Of a DNA stretch of 64,000 nucleotides, positions 60,376-64,000 are shown piece by piece. The position numbers and the translations under genes are program-made. Every line of letters starts with the position of its first letter. The first letter of the stretch is position 1. Source of the stretch: a virus; IMG/VR virus record IMGVR_UViG_2922727739_000003, positions 89,210 through 153,209 of that record; one strand, 5' to 3'. The notes under the pieces are model-generated. The model made no database searches and was not told where the DNA came from. It saw only the letters and a program-made list of their open reading frames with translations.

Positions 60376-60505
60376 ACCGCCCTCGGACAAAGGTTAACGG
60401 TCATATTTTCGTATCGTCTTTGTAAGCAGCCACCGCCCTTATAAGCGGCTGTTGTAAAAGAGTTAGGATGTTAGCGCATCCTGCTCTTTTTTAGTATATA
60501 CTTCT
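60370..60505 (-). ncRNA. Probable antisense antitoxin RNA of the holin-like toxin
   Basis: Convergent TG-A-TAAAAT promoter at about 60513-60521; hairpins overlap the toxin 3' UTR. Confidence 0.5.
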
Positions 60506-60759
60506 TGACTATATTTTATCACACGAAAACTCAATTGCCAATGAGCCAAAGAAAGTACTGAATTAATACCAATAAAACTTCTCTGTCTCCGTTGTATAAA
60601 AATCACCAAAAAAAGTATCGAAAAACTCTCTATAAATTGTGTGAAAAATAGTGCCTTCAATCGTTACTGTTTTCTCTTCGTATTTCATGACTAAGTAAAA
60701 TTCCAATTTTATAAAGACTCTCCTCTATCAAAAGCCTTATATACAAAGGCTTTTTTATT

Positions 60760-61380
60760 ATGTCCAAATTTAATATGGAGGTGATCAAGATTACAATACG
60801 CGAATCCCTCTACTTTTCTTATGCTGGTATTCAATCCGATTTCTATGGAATCGTAAACGTTAATATGTCATCTGGTATGCAAGAAGAAGTATTTGCAGCC
60901 TCACGATCTATTAACGAAGTATCCATCAAAGGCAGAGATAAGCCCTACTTTCAAAGCACAAAAAAAGAGCCACTAAAGTTTAATGTATCCTTTGCTTTTG
61001 AGGATACTTGGGATGATGTAAAAATTAGAGAAGTTGCAAAATGGCTAACAGAACAATCATATTATCAACCCCTCTTCTTCTCCGATGATCCTGAAAAAAT
61101 ATATTATGCTCTTTGTGTGGACGATATAAATCTGGTTCATAATTGTGCTCGACAAGGATATGTCACACTTACTTTTAGATGTGATGCTCCCTACGCTTAC
61201 TCTTCTATTTATAATCCACCAGTATATAAATGGCGTTATCAACCTTTTGATGTGTTGGTTAACGATACAAGTGGAGATAAACACAAGGTTAACATTGAGA
61301 ATGGTAAGCTTACCTTGAATCCTAATAAGACAATGTGGACTGAATTTCGTGGGAAGAAGTGGTATGAAATTTCAAACTAA
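60760..61380 (+). CDS. Distal tail protein, N-terminal part (YomH-like)
   Basis: MIRESLYF-like start, KPYF...PLKF...WL...GYVTLTFRCDAPYAYS. Confidence 0.75.
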   Translation: MSKFNMEVIKITIRESLYFSYAGIQSDFYGIVNVNMSSGMQEEVFAASRSINEVSIKGRDKPYFQSTKKEPLKFNVSFAFEDTWDDVKIREVAKWLTEQSYYQPLFFSDDPEKIYYALCVDDINLVHNCARQGYVTLTFRCDAPYAYSSIYNPPVYKWRYQPFDVLVNDTSGDKHKVNIENGKLTLNPNKTMWTEFRGKKWYEISN

Positions 61381-61393
61381 ATAGGAAAGGAGA

Positions 61394-62038
61394 ATGTCCA
61401 TGTCAACAACGACAACAAAATTAGGACTTAAAAAACCTAACTTTGCTACAGACGATATCGAGAATACTTTAAACGAATTAGCTGACAATTTTCAAAAATT
61501 AGATGATGATAGCGATGATTATGTTGATTCCCTTCCCTTATCTGGGGGATATCCAATTGCAAAGCGATTCTACAAGAAAACACCTAAATCTGGCGACTAT
61601 ATCGGATGGGTAAATACTCGAACTGGTACTAGCGCCCCAACGTGGCAAAAACTCAAACAATATACCAATGGCGATCTAATTGTTCCTACTGTAGATAACG
61701 GGCATATTTATAAATGTATTCAAACAGGATACTCCGGCTTAACTGAACCAGTCTTTCCAGTGTCAGTAGGAATAGAATTTGGCGATGTTCGTGGTAGTAA
61801 TACTTGGCAAGCAACCACTCAATATAAAAAAGATGATATCGTTCTTCCTGTCATTGATAATGGTCGATTTTATGTGTGTCTCCAAGCTGGTGAATCAGGT
61901 GATGTTGAACCTACGTGGGGATTGGCTGATGGTCAAACAATATACGACAAGAATGCTTCATGGGTTAGTTATAAGATGCTGAAGTGGAAAGAGGCTGGTG
62001 CCGCATCTAACTTTAGACCCTATGGGAAGATTGAATAG
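61394..62038 (+). CDS. Virion protein with carbohydrate-binding-like repeats
   Basis: Two W...Y..GD..P..DNG..Y.C.Q.G.SG..EP repeats. Confidence 0.65.
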   Translation: MSMSTTTTKLGLKKPNFATDDIENTLNELADNFQKLDDDSDDYVDSLPLSGGYPIAKRFYKKTPKSGDYIGWVNTRTGTSAPTWQKLKQYTNGDLIVPTVDNGHIYKCIQTGYSGLTEPVFPVSVGIEFGDVRGSNTWQATTQYKKDDIVLPVIDNGRFYVCLQAGESGDVEPTWGLADGQTIYDKNASWVSYKMLKWKEAGAASNFRPYGKIE

Positions 62039-62040
62039 CT

Positions 62041-62679
62041 ATGGCTACTTGGAATTCACTCACAAATAAAAATGGTATCTATACATATCCTACCGTCACT
62101 ATACCTGTTGTTACAGACGGTGCCTTAAGCAAGATTAGTTGGAATCAAACCATGCCTGAAGGATCAATCATTGTTGTACAATCTCGAAAATCTGACGATG
62201 GATACAATTGGTCTGAATGGCGCAATTGCGTAAATGGTAGCGAGATACCAGAAATAAACGAAGATACTCCCCTCTACAATACGAAATTAAGTATTCGTGT
62301 AATCATTCAAACGACAGATTACAGTATTCGCCCCTTCTTTGATCCTAATATAACTCTACATTTTCAACCAGTGTTAGTGTTTCACAACAAGGGTGACCTC
62401 CCCTGCCAACCTGAAATATGGATTTCTAAAGTTGGTAGCGGAGATTTTACTATGACCAATACATCACATAATAACGAACAGTTTAAATTTATTGGGCTTG
62501 TCGATGGGGAAACCGTATATGTAAACAATGAGCGTCAAAATATCGAGACCACTCTTGCTGTCACTTATAGATATAAGGATTTTAACGACAACTATTTAAA
62601 TCTACCTGTTGGGAAAAGTGTATTCAAAGTTGATGGAGACGCAGATATTAAGTGGAGATATCAATATAAGCGAATTTAG
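62041..62679 (+). CDS. Distal tail protein, C-terminal part
   Basis: NKGDLPCQPEIWI...GETVYVNNE...FNDNYLNLPVG...YQYK, typical of a Dit C-domain. Confidence 0.7.
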   Translation: MATWNSLTNKNGIYTYPTVTIPVVTDGALSKISWNQTMPEGSIIVVQSRKSDDGYNWSEWRNCVNGSEIPEINEDTPLYNTKLSIRVIIQTTDYSIRPFFDPNITLHFQPVLVFHNKGDLPCQPEIWISKVGSGDFTMTNTSHNNEQFKFIGLVDGETVYVNNERQNIETTLAVTYRYKDFNDNYLNLPVGKSVFKVDGDADIKWRYQYKRI

Positions 62680-62690
62680 GAGTGTGACAT

Positions 62691-63143
62691 ATGGCTGGAG
62701 TAGCATTGAATGGTTCAACAATAAAATTATCTACCAAAAATGATTATGTAAAATTCTCCTATGAATGGAGTGAAAGACACAGCGATGGTGATGGCGGTAA
62801 AGAAACAAGGTGGTATACAGGTCATGGTTCAACCGATGCAGATGTCGAAGGCGTAGTTTCCTCTGACAATAAAATTTTTATAAATAATGTACCCATAGCT
62901 ACTGTTGGTGATAAAACATCTGAACATTGGGTTGCCAACCCTACTCCATCAGCTCCCAGAGGTAGCATTAAATCAGTTTCTCCCGGTAAAAGCGGCTCTG
63001 GTGAAGGTGAAGTTTCAGGAGGTAGCGCTAAGGTTTTCTATAATGGTAAAGCTGTTGCAATGATTGGCTCACCTGTAAAAACCATGTTGGATACAGATAC
63101 CACTATCGAAACAGGAAACGATAAGATAAATATTTCAAGTTAG
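62691..63143 (+). CDS. PAAR-like spike-tip protein
   Basis: IFINNVPIATVGD and GSAKVFYNGKAVAMIGS repeats. Confidence 0.65.
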   Translation: MAGVALNGSTIKLSTKNDYVKFSYEWSERHSDGDGGKETRWYTGHGSTDADVEGVVSSDNKIFINNVPIATVGDKTSEHWVANPTPSAPRGSIKSVSPGKSGSGEGEVSGGSAKVFYNGKAVAMIGSPVKTMLDTDTTIETGNDKINISS

Positions 63144-63154
63144 GAGGTGAAATA

Positions 63155-64000
63155 TTGCCAGAATTACATACTTATCTAGAATTAAATGATCCAGTTATTA
63201 TGATTACTCGTAAGGGTACACCTGAAGATCCGTATAAATCTCGTGCTGATTCGCTCGTAGTATTGAACGGTTTAATAACGCTACTTGAACTCCCCTCATC
63301 TGCTCACGGTGTAACAATTGCAGGAATGACAGAGATAAGTCAACAAGTATTTGAAAATCGACCCTATTTGAACGAAAATGAGTTTCTTGTCCAATATCAA
63401 ACTGGAGCAATCCAAGTCCATCCCTCGCTTGAAGGTACAACTAAACTTTGTCGCTATATGGGTAAAGGATTAGTTATGCAACCTGCATCACGTATTTATG
63501 CGATGGTGCAACGTCATCCTGATATCGTAAAAACTCTTCAAGATATAGTAGATGAAGCATATCAACGACTAAACGACACTCAATTAGCAATTGGCAGGCT
63601 TGAAGAGATTATTAGACAATCTCAAGTTGCTACAAGTACAGCAGAAAAAGCAGCAGACAATGCCAATCAAGCAGCAGACTTCGCTAATAATGCAGCTAAC
63701 AATGCAAATAGAACAGCAGAAACGACAAAAATAGCCCGTAAACCTTATGTTAGAGATATGCAGGAACTAGTTTCAATGTACCCACACCCTGAAGTTGGTT
63801 GGACAGTTCAGACAAGTAAAGATGGAATTGTACATAGATATGATGGTAATCGCTGGATTCCAGTTGAAAAAATAGGTGATAACCTTTTGCCTGTAAGCAA
63901 AGACAAAGATGGGCTGATGACTGTAGCTTTATTCGAGAAAGTAAATGATATTCCATTAGAAGTACAGGATAGAGTTATTCAAATTGGAAAACATTCTTAT
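63155..64000 (+). CDS. YomF-like tail protein (partial, runs off the window)
   Basis: TTG start after AGGAGGTG; NDPV...RKGTPEDPY...LNGLITLLELP; open to the window end. Confidence 0.7.
   Translation, partial: MPELHTYLELNDPVIMITRKGTPEDPYKSRADSLVVLNGLITLLELPSSAHGVTIAGMTEISQQVFENRPYLNENEFLVQYQTGAIQVHPSLEGTTKLCRYMGKGLVMQPASRIYAMVQRHPDIVKTLQDIVDEAYQRLNDTQLAIGRLEEIIRQSQVATSTAEKAADNANQAADFANNAANNANRTAETTKIARKPYVRDMQELVSMYPHPEVGWTVQTSKDGIVHRYDGNRWIPVEKIGDNLLPVSKDKDGLMTVALFEKVNDIPLEVQDRVIQIGKHSY

Larger units (their letters stand above)
1..64000. mobile_element. SPbeta-like temperate phage/prophage (partial)
   Basis: Order YonO-like RNAP, HU, phosphoesterase, terminase, portal, capsid, tail and tape measure mirrors the SPbeta yon/yom late cluster; no host housekeeping genes or att ends seen. 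Confidence 0.93.

Noticed and set aside
60731-60757. aaagcctt-N7-aaggcttt palindrome as a recombination site
   Set aside because: A T-tract follows it, so it is equally explained as a terminator; only weak similar copies (18941, 24278).
1923-63956. Many short opposite-strand or off-frame ORFs in the ORF track (e.g. 1923-2327, 22174-22542, 33394-33771, 55437-55829, 56623-57126)
   Set aside because: They overlap well-supported genes and lack RBS or motifs; treated as shadow ORFs.
1-64000. tRNA/rRNA genes, arbitrium genes, introns, prophage att sites
   Set aside because: None recognisable by eye in this window; the nucleases appear free-standing rather than intron-encoded.

Overview
AT-rich 64 kb segment of a large SPbeta-like temperate phage or prophage. 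The host is probably Paenibacillus-like (inferred from a secreted stalk-domain gene). Left arm (1-21.3 kb, mostly minus strand): accessory and early genes, including an antirepressor, a stand-alone ClpX zinc finger, a DinG helicase, HNH and GIY-YIG nucleases, a 1019-aa N6-adenine methyltransferase fusion, two YonT-like small-protein modules, a 1.2 kb non-coding region with 22-bp iterons beside a Rep-like HTH gene, and a YopP-like tyrosine recombinase. Right arm (21.4-64 kb, plus strand): YonO-type single-subunit RNA polymerase, HU, phosphoesterase, terminases, portal, head and tail genes, three glycosyltransferases inside the tail module, a YomM-like tyrosine recombinase, tape measure, YomG-like tail tip, an accessory island (type II and type I TA, ankyrin protein, nuclease), a split Dit, a PAAR-like gene and a partial YomF-like gene. 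The strongest unexplained signal is an 18-bp inverted repeat, RTAAAA-N6-TTTTAY. It marks gene boundaries about 12 times in the first 11 kb and also sits just after the YomM-like recombinase, suggesting an integron-like gene-cassette array in a phage. All homology calls come from motif recognition and synteny; no database searches were run.
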